Numbered from the stretch's first letter, positions 8,724-17,350 are shown. The stretch is DNA of 54,635 bases from a virus (IMGVR_UViG_3300025543_000033:1-54635); one strand, 5' to 3'. Program-made: numbers and translations. Notes: a model not told the origin generated them from the letters alone.

Positions 8724-8963
8724 ATGAAAAGAAATGAAACAGAAAATGTTATGAACTGGGAATTAGAATTAATTGGTATGAAAAGAAATGTAAGTGGTGG
8801 TCTTTGTAATAATGGAGAAGACGCCAATCTAAACTTCTTTAAAAATGAAGATGAGTTTGATGAAACTATTTATAAGTTCTTAGATGGAACTCGTGGTGAA
8901 TACAATTATAAAATCGGTCGTAAAAAAATTAACTATTTAAAAGAACAAGGAAAAATATTATAA
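8724..8963 (+). CDS. Hypothetical early protein
   Basis: ORF between two promoters. Confidence 0.7.
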   Translation: MKRNETENVMNWELELIGMKRNVSGGLCNNGEDANLNFFKNEDEFDETIYKFLDGTRGEYNYKIGRKKINYLKEQGKIL

Positions 8964-8971
8964 AAAAAAAC

Positions 8972-9000
8972 TTGACATTGTCATTTTTTATTTATAACTT
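8972..9000 (+). promoter_or_regulatory. Sigma70 promoter with TGACATTGTCA palindrome
   Basis: A9 tract, TTGACA-17-TAACTT; ATG 5 nt downstream. Confidence 0.8.
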
Positions 9001-9005
9001 GCAAT

Positions 9006-11078
9006 ATGATTAAAAATAATTATACTGACTTTTGGAACGATATTCAAGTCAACACTAATGTTGATATTGACAATAAACCAAAAGTTGACCATATCGCATT
9101 AGCAGGTTATCGTAGAGCTATTGCAAACTTTGTCAACATTGTAACTAATCGTTCTGATATCAATGTTCGTTATCAAACCAATGGTGATTCTTACACCGAC
9201 GGAAAGACCGTAACAATTGGTTCTAAGATTGACGAGAAAAGTTTTGACCACGTTGTTGGTCTGGCATTACACGAAGGTTCACACATCTTATTATCTGACT
9301 TTCGTTTCCTTAGAGAACTTAATCATCACACACCGGAAGAATTAATTATGACCGGTGAAGATTTAGGTTTCACTAAAGCTCAAACACTTAATCATCTTAA
9401 AAATATGTTGAACTATGTTGAAGATAGACGAATTGACTATTATGTCTTTACTACTTCGCCTGGTTACAAAGGTTATTACCACGCTATGTATGACAAGTAT
9501 TTCCACTCTAATGCAATTACCAAAGCATTAAAAGATAATACTTTCGGTAATGACTTAACATTAGATAATTATATGAATCGTATTATCAACTTCACTAATA
9601 AAGAATCTGACTTAGATGCTTTACCAGAGTTGAGAAATATATACAGAAAGATTTTCAGTTCAGTCAAAACTATGACTACTATGGAAGAAGCATTCGGTGT
9701 AGCACTTGGGTGTATGACTATTGTTTACAACAACATCAAACCTTTACCAAAGTCAACTGATATGAAACCAGTTGGACAAGGTGGTCAAGGTGCTGGTCAA
9801 GGTGGTGGTCAATCTAAATCAGATATGTTAAATGAAGCAGCTGACAAACTGGCTCACGGCGACTACAATGGATACCAAGAGATTATGGATAAGATTTCAG
9901 AAACTGATTGGACAAAACTCAAAGAACAAGTTTCTGATTCTACTGAAGTCAATGATACCAAGTTTCCTAACTTGACACCAAACCAAGTCAAGACTTTAGA
10001 AAACGCTTTGTCAAGACAAAAAGAATTTATGCAAGGTCGTCCACAAAAAGTCGGTAGACTTACTAAGAAAGATTCTTCTATGGTAAAGTCTATGGAAGAC
10101 TCTGGTGTGACTATAAAAGAAGTCGGTAAAGACATTGAACAAAATAGTTGGAGAAGTAATCGTAAAGATTTCACCGGTTCTACACAAGTATTGTTTGTTA
10201 AAAAAATTACTCAACAAATGATTGACGACAGAGTATTTCCAAATCTATTTTATTATGGTTATCGTTCTATTGGTTATACCGCCGACTCAATTATCGCTGG
10301 TAAAAAACTTGGAACTCTATTAGGTAAAAAATTACAAGTTCGTTCTGAATCAAGAACACTAAAAAATTCAAGATTAGATTCTGGTCGTATTGACAAAAGA
10401 TTAATCGCTGAACTTGGGTTCGGTAATTCAAAAGTTTTCTCTACGACTTTCGTAGAAAATTATAATGACGCTGTTATTCACATCTCGGTTGATGCAAGTG
10501 GTTCAATGGGTGGTGAGAAATGGAAAAACACTATGACCGCAGTTGTTGCGATTTGTAAAGCAGCTTCAATGATTAGTGGATTAGATGTAGTGGTGTCTTT
10601 CAGAACTACTCACTCTGATAGTGGTTCTATGGGTCAAAGACCATTAGTTGCTATCGGTTACGATAGTCGTGTTGATAAGTTCAGAAAGATTGAGATGTTA
10701 TGGCCAAGTATTTTTCCAGGTGGAACTACACCAGAGGGATTATGTTACGAAGCCATTATGGACGACTTTGTTCCAAGTGCTTCTAATCGTGATAGTTATT
10801 TCTTAAACTTCTCTGACGGAATGCCAATGTTCGGAAGTAGTGATTATGACTACTACGGAGAACAAGCATTACAACACACTAAAAAACAAGTCAATGAGAT
10901 TATCAAGAAAGGTATTCAAGTGTTATCTTACTTTGTCGGAGATGATGATAGAAACAACGATAACAATATGAGAGATTTTAAAAAGATGTATGGTAATGAC
11001 GCTGAGTTTGTTGATGTTACCAAAGTATCATCATTAGCAAAAACTATGAACTCATTATTCCTGGAGAAAAAAAATTAA
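9006..11078 (+). CDS. HExxH metallopeptidase-like plus vWA domain protein (CobT/NorD-like partner)
   Basis: LALHEGSH, NYVEDRRID, G/Q linker, SGRID, VDASGSM MIDAS, GGTTP, FSDGMP. Confidence 0.88.
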   Translation: MIKNNYTDFWNDIQVNTNVDIDNKPKVDHIALAGYRRAIANFVNIVTNRSDINVRYQTNGDSYTDGKTVTIGSKIDEKSFDHVVGLALHEGSHILLSDFRFLRELNHHTPEELIMTGEDLGFTKAQTLNHLKNMLNYVEDRRIDYYVFTTSPGYKGYYHAMYDKYFHSNAITKALKDNTFGNDLTLDNYMNRIINFTNKESDLDALPELRNIYRKIFSSVKTMTTMEEAFGVALGCMTIVYNNIKPLPKSTDMKPVGQGGQGAGQGGGQSKSDMLNEAADKLAHGDYNGYQEIMDKISETDWTKLKEQVSDSTEVNDTKFPNLTPNQVKTLENALSRQKEFMQGRPQKVGRLTKKDSSMVKSMEDSGVTIKEVGKDIEQNSWRSNRKDFTGSTQVLFVKKITQQMIDDRVFPNLFYYGYRSIGYTADSIIAGKKLGTLLGKKLQVRSESRTLKNSRLDSGRIDKRLIAELGFGNSKVFSTTFVENYNDAVIHISVDASGSMGGEKWKNTMTAVVAICKAASMISGLDVVVSFRTTHSDSGSMGQRPLVAIGYDSRVDKFRKIEMLWPSIFPGGTTPEGLCYEAIMDDFVPSASNRDSYFLNFSDGMPMFGSSDYDYYGEQALQHTKKQVNEIIKKGIQVLSYFVGDDDRNNDNNMRDFKKMYGNDAEFVDVTKVSSLAKTMNSLFLEKKN

Positions 11079-11086
11079 AATAATAC

Positions 11087-11115
11087 TTGACATTGTCAAA
11101 AATTATTCGTAATAT
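11087..11115 (+). promoter_or_regulatory. Sigma70 promoter with TGACATTGTCA palindrome
   Basis: TTGACA-17-TAATAT. Confidence 0.8.
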
Positions 11116-11121
11116 AGTGGT

Positions 11122-12321
11122 ATGAAAGATAAATTAATGAAAGGAAAAAATATGAACATTGTTGTGAGAGTTGAGAAGTCTGGTAACAGATACAATGCTT
11201 TTGACGCTAATGGTCAGAAGTATACTTCTCATATTACAACCGGTGCTCGTAAATCTGCTTATGACAAAGGTATGGCTTTAGAACAGCGTGTCAATAAATC
11301 TGGTAAGACTTATTGGTGGGCAGTTCCTATGTCTGAGTTCGAAGCAACTACTAAACCGGTTGTTCCAACATCTTCAGTTGATGTTCCTAATGGACATCAA
11401 GAAGTTGTAAACTTTATCCACTCATCTTATGATTTAAAACCTAAGGGTTTAATGATGACTGAGTTGAAGTGGAAATACTTAATTCGTTCTGCCGTTCGTG
11501 GTAAGAACATTTTGATGACAGGCCCTGCTGGGTGTGGTAAGACTATGGCTGCTAAGTCATTGGTCAATGCACTTGACAGACCTGACTTCTATTTCAATAT
11601 GGGTTCTACTCAAGACCCAAGAGCGACCTTGATTGGTAATGTTCACTTTGAGAAATCAAAAGGTACTTACTTCTCTGAGTCGTTATTCGTAAAAGCTATT
11701 CAGACACCAAACGCGGTAATTCTCTTGGACGAGTTATCAAGAGCACATCCTGACGCTTGGAATATTCTGATGACCGTTTTAGACCAAGGTCAGAGATATT
11801 TGAGACTTGATGAACAAGATGGTCAAGCTACTATCAATGTGGCTGAAGGTGTGACTTTTGTCGCCACCGCAAACATTGGTAATGAGTATACTTCTACTCG
11901 TGTTATGGATAAGGCGTTAATGGACAGATTCACTATTGTGGAAATGGATGTTCTTGATAACCAACAAGAGTTTGAACTTCTACAATATATGTTTCCAAAT
12001 GTTAATCCTAACAATCTATCAGCTATCGCTGAGATTGCCAACACTACTCGTGTTGAGTCTTCTTCTGAAACCGGTAAGATTGATACCGCAATTTCAACAA
12101 GAACTTCAGTTGAGATGGCTGGTCTGATGTTTGACGGATTCGGACTTGACGAAGCGGCTCAAGTTAGTGTTTATCCGCAGTTCAGTAATGACGGCGGTGT
12201 TGATAGTGAAAGAACTTTTGTAAAACAATTAGTTCAGAAATACATCAACGACGGCTCTACTGACGACTTGTTCAACGAGGACGAACTCGAAGATGAGTAT
12301 GATGAGGACTATGATTATTAG
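11122..12321 (+). CDS. MoxR/CobS/NorQ-type AAA+ ATPase
   Basis: GPAGCGKT Walker A, ILLDELSRA Walker B, ATAN, MDKALMDRF, ISTR; alternative start 11152. Confidence 0.92.
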   Translation: MKDKLMKGKNMNIVVRVEKSGNRYNAFDANGQKYTSHITTGARKSAYDKGMALEQRVNKSGKTYWWAVPMSEFEATTKPVVPTSSVDVPNGHQEVVNFIHSSYDLKPKGLMMTELKWKYLIRSAVRGKNILMTGPAGCGKTMAAKSLVNALDRPDFYFNMGSTQDPRATLIGNVHFEKSKGTYFSESLFVKAIQTPNAVILLDELSRAHPDAWNILMTVLDQGQRYLRLDEQDGQATINVAEGVTFVATANIGNEYTSTRVMDKALMDRFTIVEMDVLDNQQEFELLQYMFPNVNPNNLSAIAEIANTTRVESSSETGKIDTAISTRTSVEMAGLMFDGFGLDEAAQVSVYPQFSNDGGVDSERTFVKQLVQKYINDGSTDDLFNEDELEDEYDEDYDY

Positions 12322-12335
12322 ACACTAATGTGTCA

Positions 12336-12372
12336 GGTGGTGGGGAATTTTATTTCCTTTCGCCCCACCACC
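12336..12372 (+). terminator. GC-rich hairpin closing the vWA/AAA module (terminator or pseudoknot stem)
   Basis: GGTGGTGGGG/CCCCACCACC 10-bp stem; preceded by GACAC/GTGTC hairpin; weak U-tract. Confidence 0.55.
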
Positions 12373-12405
12373 ACTAATTAACCAAAGGAATATGGAGAAA
12401 CGACT

Positions 12406-13143
12406 ATGGACGATATATTCGTGCAAGGTGTAGTTGGTGGAGTGTTGAATAGACACAAAGGCAAAACACTTGACAGAGATAGAATAGCAACATTATCAGT
12501 TGAGATTGCCGCTATGTTGGATAGAGCAACTCAATTCACTAATGTTAAAGAACTAAACATTGACGAACAGAATAGAAATTATAATTTTATTATGGACGAA
12601 ATGTCACAAGGTGAAAGAGAACATTTATTCAATTGGCAACAAGAGGATAACAAATACATCTACGAATCACCAGACGGAAAATATGTTTTCAGAAGAAAGT
12701 TCGGAGAAGAATACTCACCGGAAACAAAAGAAGAAATCAACTTAAAGACAGGTGAACCAACAGGTAGAACTTTTGCCGATTATCCATTTAATAAAGCAAA
12801 AGATAATCCATTGTCTATTGAGATGTGGAAAGGTTATGTTCCACCAACTGGTTATGGTTTCAAATCTAAAAAAGACGAAGAAGAATATCTGAAGTATTGG
12901 ACTTGTGATATTTGTAATGAACATACTCACGAGGTTGATTATGATTATCTTGGTAATGGAACTAATCACTTGGGTTGTGAATTAAAACAAGAAGAACTAC
13001 AAGCAAAGTCTGATAAGATTATGAAACAAATTGAAGAAGATATGAAAGACTTTGAATTATATAATTCAGTATCAAATGAAAATTCATATGATTATGTAGA
13101 TATGAAAGAAGCAAAAAGAAAATCACAGGAGGACAAAGAGTAA
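12406..13143 (+). CDS. Hypothetical protein
   Basis: GGAG RBS; IYESPDG motif; CDIC..H..C. Confidence 0.7.
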   Translation: MDDIFVQGVVGGVLNRHKGKTLDRDRIATLSVEIAAMLDRATQFTNVKELNIDEQNRNYNFIMDEMSQGEREHLFNWQQEDNKYIYESPDGKYVFRRKFGEEYSPETKEEINLKTGEPTGRTFADYPFNKAKDNPLSIEMWKGYVPPTGYGFKSKKDEEEYLKYWTCDICNEHTHEVDYDYLGNGTNHLGCELKQEELQAKSDKIMKQIEEDMKDFELYNSVSNENSYDYVDMKEAKRKSQEDKE

Positions 13144-13433
13144 TGGCAAGTTATCGTAGTGAGTATGAAAATTACATTGTTGTTTCAGATAGTTGTAAAT
13201 ACCTTAGTGGAACTTATCCAGGTTTCCTTAGATTAAAAGAAATGATGTCTACATTAAATTCTATGGTATCAAAACAGACCAATACTTATACTTATAATGG
13301 AGAGGTCTATGTAAGTAAATTGACGAACGGCGAAATCAACAACATACAAAAGAGTTTAGATTATGGAACTTTTTCACCACAACTAAACAAACTAAAATAT
13401 GTTTGTGTTGATATCGGAGTTCGTGCATTCTAA
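13143..13433 (+). CDS. Hypothetical protein
   Basis: Coupled ORF with GGAGG RBS. Confidence 0.7.
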   Translation: MASYRSEYENYIVVSDSCKYLSGTYPGFLRLKEMMSTLNSMVSKQTNTYTYNGEVYVSKLTNGEINNIQKSLDYGTFSPQLNKLKYVCVDIGVRAF

Positions 13434-13443
13434 GGAGAATAAA

Positions 13444-14079
13444 ATGAAAAAGTTAATATCAGTTTGGTTGGGATTATTCCTAATCACTTGTTCACCAGAT
13501 TCAGTTGTATCAAGTCTTAATGCTCAGGAACTAAGAGATGAAGTATACATTGAAAATCAAGTGTTCAAGGTTTGGTATTCAGAAGTAAAAGAACAACCAC
13601 TAAAGTTAATCTATACTTCTACCAATAGAGTTAAAAATGTCGATAGAGGTTCTATGAATTTCTATACAGAAGATGATGTCCATACTTCTGATAATAAAGA
13701 TTACTATCGTAATGTTTGGGACAAAGGACACTTAGCACCAGCAGCTACTTATTCGGATTCTTATGAAAATTTAAAACAAACTTTTTCATATCTGAATTGT
13801 GCTTTACAAAACCAATATCTAAATCGTGGTGAGTGGAGATTACTTGAAGAACAAGAACGAGAGTGGGACGACGAACAAAATCTAATCGTTACCGTAGAAT
13901 TAATATGGGACGAGGATTTTGAAATCTTATCCACAGGTGGGCATGTTCCAACAGATATGATTAAACATATTTATTTTGAAGAAGACGGAGCGTGGAAATG
14001 CTACGCATTTGAAAATGTAAAACCAACAAAAGGTTGGGAAGAACACGAAGTTCAACACAACCATAACGAACAGGAGTAA
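13444..14079 (+). CDS. DNA/RNA non-specific endonuclease (NucA/EndoG family), predicted lipoprotein
   Basis: AAGGAG RBS at ATG 13444; MKKLISVWLGLFLITC signal; WDKGHLAPA, TFSYLN, LNRGEWRLLE. Confidence 0.88.
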   Translation: MKKLISVWLGLFLITCSPDSVVSSLNAQELRDEVYIENQVFKVWYSEVKEQPLKLIYTSTNRVKNVDRGSMNFYTEDDVHTSDNKDYYRNVWDKGHLAPAATYSDSYENLKQTFSYLNCALQNQYLNRGEWRLLEEQEREWDDEQNLIVTVELIWDEDFEILSTGGHVPTDMIKHIYFEEDGAWKCYAFENVKPTKGWEEHEVQHNHNEQE

Positions 14080-14081
14080 AA

Positions 14082-14285
14082 ATGTATTTTGAAGTACAAG
14101 TTATATTCACGGAAGAAATCCAAACTAAAAGTGGTATTCGTGAGAAACAAAGAAGAAAACACTTATTAGTTGAGTGTGATTCAGTAACGGTAGCTGAGGC
14201 TACGGTCAATAGTTACTTAAAGGATGCACCATATCCTTTTGAAGTAGTGGTAGTTAAACAATCAAAAATATCGGGAGTGATTTAA
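14082..14285 (+). CDS. DUF4494-like protein
   Basis: YFEVQV..LVECDSVTVAEA..FEV..VKQSKISGVI pattern. Confidence 0.65.
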   Translation: MYFEVQVIFTEEIQTKSGIREKQRRKHLLVECDSVTVAEATVNSYLKDAPYPFEVVVVKQSKISGVI

Positions 14286-14286
14286 A

Positions 14287-14547
14287 ATGGTAGAAGTTAA
14301 ATTCTTTAATGCAGCTTGGTGTGGCCCTTGTCAACAAATGAAACCAGGAATTGATAAACTTGTAAAAGAAGGTTATCCAATTCAAATGGTTGATGTTGAT
14401 GAGAATCCAACATTAGCTGAATCAGCAGAAGTTCGTGGGGTTCCAACCACAGCAATTTATGAAAATGGAAATCTTGTTGAGAGAATCGTCGGTTATAATG
14501 ATGCTGATTTAATCAAACGCAAGATTGATGTTTATTATAAAAAGTAG
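14287..14547 (+). CDS. trxA: Thioredoxin
   Basis: WCGPC, VDVDE, VRGVPT. Confidence 0.93.
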   Translation: MVEVKFFNAAWCGPCQQMKPGIDKLVKEGYPIQMVDVDENPTLAESAEVRGVPTTAIYENGNLVERIVGYNDADLIKRKIDVYYKK

Positions 14548-14555
14548 GAGTAGTT

Positions 14556-14723
14556 ATGGAAAAATATAAGGTTGTAGAGAACTACTCATCAACGGAAGGC
14601 ACACTTTATCAAGGTGATATCTTGAGAGAAGATAAGAACAATGTAATTGAAGGTCATATCAGATTAAAAGATGCTATGGGTAAAGTGTGGTTCGTTCCGA
14701 AAAAATATATTAAAAAAATATAG
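14556..14723 (+). CDS. 55-aa SH3-like protein (not in ORF track)
   Basis: AGGAG RBS; MEKYKVVENYSSTEGTLYQGDILREDKNNVIEGHIRLKDAMGKVWFVPKKYIKKI. Confidence 0.7.
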   Translation: MEKYKVVENYSSTEGTLYQGDILREDKNNVIEGHIRLKDAMGKVWFVPKKYIKKI

Positions 14724-14741
14724 TGTTTTTGTTAGAAACAT

Positions 14742-14750
14742 TATATTTAT
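14742..14750 (+). promoter_or_regulatory. Putative phage late promoter TATATTTAT
   Basis: Same motif recurs in several intergenic gaps; followed by hairpin 14753-14779. Confidence 0.65.
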
Positions 14751-14816
14751 ATATGATAACGCTCAAGTGAGGTTATCATTAGTTAGACTAAATAGTTAAC
14801 AAACAGGAGAAAAATA

Positions 14817-15290
14817 ATGACTAAAATAATATACAATCGTGCAATCCCTGCAATCGATAGGGATTCTTTTCTAACACCCTTTGACAGAATGTTTGACCAA
14901 ATCGTAGAAGCATCTTTTCCAGATGTTACTAAGGCGGTTGGAGTTAAACCATTTCAAGGAACAGCATATCCAAAAGTAAATGTTTACGAGTGGGACACCA
15001 AGGTTGGTGTGATTGCTGAGATTCCAGGATTGTCAAAGAAAGACTTGTCAGTAGAAGTTACAGACGGAGTCCTTACAATTAGTGGAGATAAACAAAGTAC
15101 TTTTGATGTCAAGGATGCTAAAGTTGTCAGACGAGAACTTAAACAATCATCTTTCAAAAGACAATTTGAGTTAGGTGAAGAACTTGACGGAGAAAGTATC
15201 TCAGCTAAATTTGAGGACGGAATACTATCTATTGAGATTCCAAAGAAGACACCAGAGAAACCAAAGACTAACAAAGTTAAAATATCCTAA
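14817..15290 (+). CDS. Hsp20/alpha-crystallin small heat-shock protein
   Basis: YPKVNV, AEIPG, VLTISG, FKRQF, AKFEDGILSIEIPK. Confidence 0.94.
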   Translation: MTKIIYNRAIPAIDRDSFLTPFDRMFDQIVEASFPDVTKAVGVKPFQGTAYPKVNVYEWDTKVGVIAEIPGLSKKDLSVEVTDGVLTISGDKQSTFDVKDAKVVRRELKQSSFKRQFELGEELDGESISAKFEDGILSIEIPKKTPEKPKTNKVKIS

Positions 15291-15321
15291 TTAAATAAAG
15301 GTTATCTCTATTTATAGTCAC

Positions 15322-15359
15322 GGGGTCTTGATAGTATAGAAAGAGGCTTATAAGGCCCC
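15322..15359 (+). other. Intergenic hairpin downstream of a TATTTAT motif (15309-15315)
   Basis: GGGGTCTT/AAGGCCCC outer stem. Confidence 0.5.
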
Positions 15360-15370
15360 TGCTATAAATT

Positions 15371-15928
15371 ATGGAAGATTTAAAAAAGTTACGACAACAA
15401 AAAGTTAGACAAAAATTACGATACCTTCAATTAGAATTATTGGAAACTAAAATTATTTACAAAAATTCATTGGAGCGTTTTCGTATCGACTTTTCACAAG
15501 AAGTCAACCCCGAAGAAGTAAAGAAACAGGCGGTTGAATCCAAAGACCCATATGAAGAAATCCAAACAGATGTATCGGAAGATTCATTTAAAAAAGTATA
15601 TCGTAAAGTAGCAAACAAACTTCACCCAGATAAGAAAGGTGGAGACTTGGAAAAGTTCAAACTTGCCAATCAAGCAAACAAGAACAAAGACTTTGGTGCT
15701 TTATTAGAAATGGCAGATGAATTAGAAATAGACTTTGAGTTATCCAATGAATTGATTGACGAGATGACTAAACAATGTAAAGCAGTAATTGATAATATTA
15801 CACAAATGAAAACCACAACTGCTTGGACTTGGGCACATTCCAAAGAAAGTGAACGAGAAGGTTTACGACAATATATAATGTCAACTATTATGCCTAAAAA
15901 AGATTTAACAGATAAAGAAAATGAATAA
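15371..15928 (+). CDS. J-domain (DnaJ-like) protein
   Basis: FKKVYRKVANKLHPDKKGGD.EKF. Confidence 0.85.
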   Translation: MEDLKKLRQQKVRQKLRYLQLELLETKIIYKNSLERFRIDFSQEVNPEEVKKQAVESKDPYEEIQTDVSEDSFKKVYRKVANKLHPDKKGGDLEKFKLANQANKNKDFGALLEMADELEIDFELSNELIDEMTKQCKAVIDNITQMKTTTAWTWAHSKESEREGLRQYIMSTIMPKKDLTDKENE

Positions 15929-15938
15929 AAGTCGCAGG

Positions 15939-16168
15939 TTCATTTTTCCAAAACTACTTGGTTTTTTAAGTTAGTCGTAAAGGGATGAGAGGTTTGGATA
16001 GAGCGACCAAACGAAAGTCCTAACACAAGACAGATATTACGCTATAAGTTAGGCTGGGTTGTAGACCAAAGAGTAGTGTAATACCACAAGATAGTGGATT
16101 GAGATTTGATGATATAGCATCAAGTCGGAAGAAAGTGAAATAAAAGACGGATAAGTCCGCGTGTTTTA
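15939..16168 (+). ncRNA. Candidate multi-helix non-coding RNA with RNase P-like core motifs
   Basis: About 250-nt gap with at least 6 helices, listed in findings. Confidence 0.6.
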
Positions 16169-16175
16169 TATTTAT
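16167..16175 (+). promoter_or_regulatory. Putative late promoter TATATTTAT
   Basis: Recurrent motif. Confidence 0.6.
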
Positions 16176-16197
16176 ATTAAAGGTGGAGAAAAGAATT

Positions 16198-17154
16198 ATG
16201 GAAAACTCAAAATATTTTTATATATGGATTGGATTGTCAGCCCTACTTATCGCAGGTAGTGCTGCAGCATTTTCAGTCTATGGTCTTGCTAAATTATTTA
16301 GTGGAGCATTTATATCGGTTGTGATTATGGCAAGTTCTTTGGAACTTGGTAAATTAGTTACAGCATCTTTCTTGTATCGTTATTGGAAAGTCATTAGTTG
16401 GTTTCAAAAAGTCTATATGACTTTCGCAACATTAGTTTTGATTGGGATTACATCAGCAGGTATCTTTGGATATTTGTCAAATGCATATCAAGGAGCAACA
16501 TTAGAATTTGAAAAACAATCCACAGAACTTATCGCAGTTGAAGAACGAATAGAACAATTAGAAGAAGACAAGGTATTTCTAAAAGGTGAATTAGAAGAAC
16601 AAGTTAATTCATTACCAGAAAATTATATCACGGCAAAAAGAAAACTAAGAGAAGATTATAATCCAAGAATACTTGCAATCAATGACGAGATATTGGAATA
16701 CAAAAAGACCAGAGCAGATTTAGAAATACAATTGGTATCTACGGGTGTTGATGTTGGGCCAGCAATTTATCTGGCAAGAACTTTTGGAACCGACATAGAT
16801 ACCGTGGTAAAGTTCTTTATCTTTATTTTGATATTTGTGTTTGACCCATTGGCAGTTATGTTGGTCGTGGCATACAACCAAGCACTTATATTGAGAGAAA
16901 AACAATTACCAGAAAAAAAGAAATCTTGGTGGTCAAGAATTTGGGAAATGTATGATGATAAGCATGAAGTAGACTTATCACAAGGTGCACACGAAAGTCG
17001 TGGATTTTATGCACTTCAAGAATTAGAAGAACTTGATGAAATAGCAGAACAAGAACTACCAGAACCACGAGAAGAAAACGACCCAACACCAATTGTAGAA
17101 AAAGTAGAAATAAATCCACAACCAACTGCTCGTGGTGGAGTTAGAGTAAAATGA
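16198..17154 (+). CDS. Membrane protein, 3 TM + coiled coil + TM
   Basis: AAAFSVYGL, LELGKLVTAS, TSAGIFGYLS, IFVFDPLAV; GGAG RBS favours ATG 16198. Confidence 0.8.
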   Translation: MENSKYFYIWIGLSALLIAGSAAAFSVYGLAKLFSGAFISVVIMASSLELGKLVTASFLYRYWKVISWFQKVYMTFATLVLIGITSAGIFGYLSNAYQGATLEFEKQSTELIAVEERIEQLEEDKVFLKGELEEQVNSLPENYITAKRKLREDYNPRILAINDEILEYKKTRADLEIQLVSTGVDVGPAIYLARTFGTDIDTVVKFFIFILIFVFDPLAVMLVVAYNQALILREKQLPEKKKSWWSRIWEMYDDKHEVDLSQGAHESRGFYALQELEELDEIAEQELPEPREENDPTPIVEKVEINPQPTARGGVRVK

Positions 17155-17342
17155 TATTAACAATACAACAGGAGAATGTTATGAGTAAGAAGTTTGCGTA
17201 CAAAGGAAAACTATGGAAAAAGGTTCACCAATTACAGAAACGGCTTACGAGGTCGGAACAAAATCCTGGACATTCAGAAGAAAAAGTAGAAAGAAGAAAC
17301 AGAATAATACACAAACTTTTAAATAAAATTAGAGAGAAATAA
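17151..17342 (+). CDS. Hypothetical basic protein
   Basis: AGGAG RBS suggests start at 17181. Confidence 0.55.
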   Translation: MILTIQQENVMSKKFAYKGKLWKKVHQLQKRLTRSEQNPGHSEEKVERRNRIIHKLLNKIREK

Positions 17343-17350
17343 AAAAAAAC

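Noticed and set aside
9775-9812. GGTCAAGGT-type short repeats
   Set aside because: Encode a Gly/Gln linker within the vWA protein
9006-12321. Cobalamin biosynthesis genes cobT/cobS
   Set aside because: No cobN or other cob genes; peptidase-vWA architecture fits the generic MoxR system
12336-12390. HDV-like/theta ribozyme
   Set aside because: No room for P2, no GG after P1, and not adjacent to a tRNA
15982-16020. Hammerhead ribozyme (GATGAG...stem...CGAAA)
   Set aside because: Lacks CUGANGA core in register with stem II
16005-16052. tmRNA-like tag frame DQTKVLTQDRYYAIS-stop
   Set aside because: No tRNA-like domain (GGGG 5' end, T arm, CCA) nearby
15931-16135. Cobalamin or T-box riboswitch
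   Set aside because: Only fragmentary matches (AAAGGGA, AAGTCGGAAGA, CCGCG); core motifs missing
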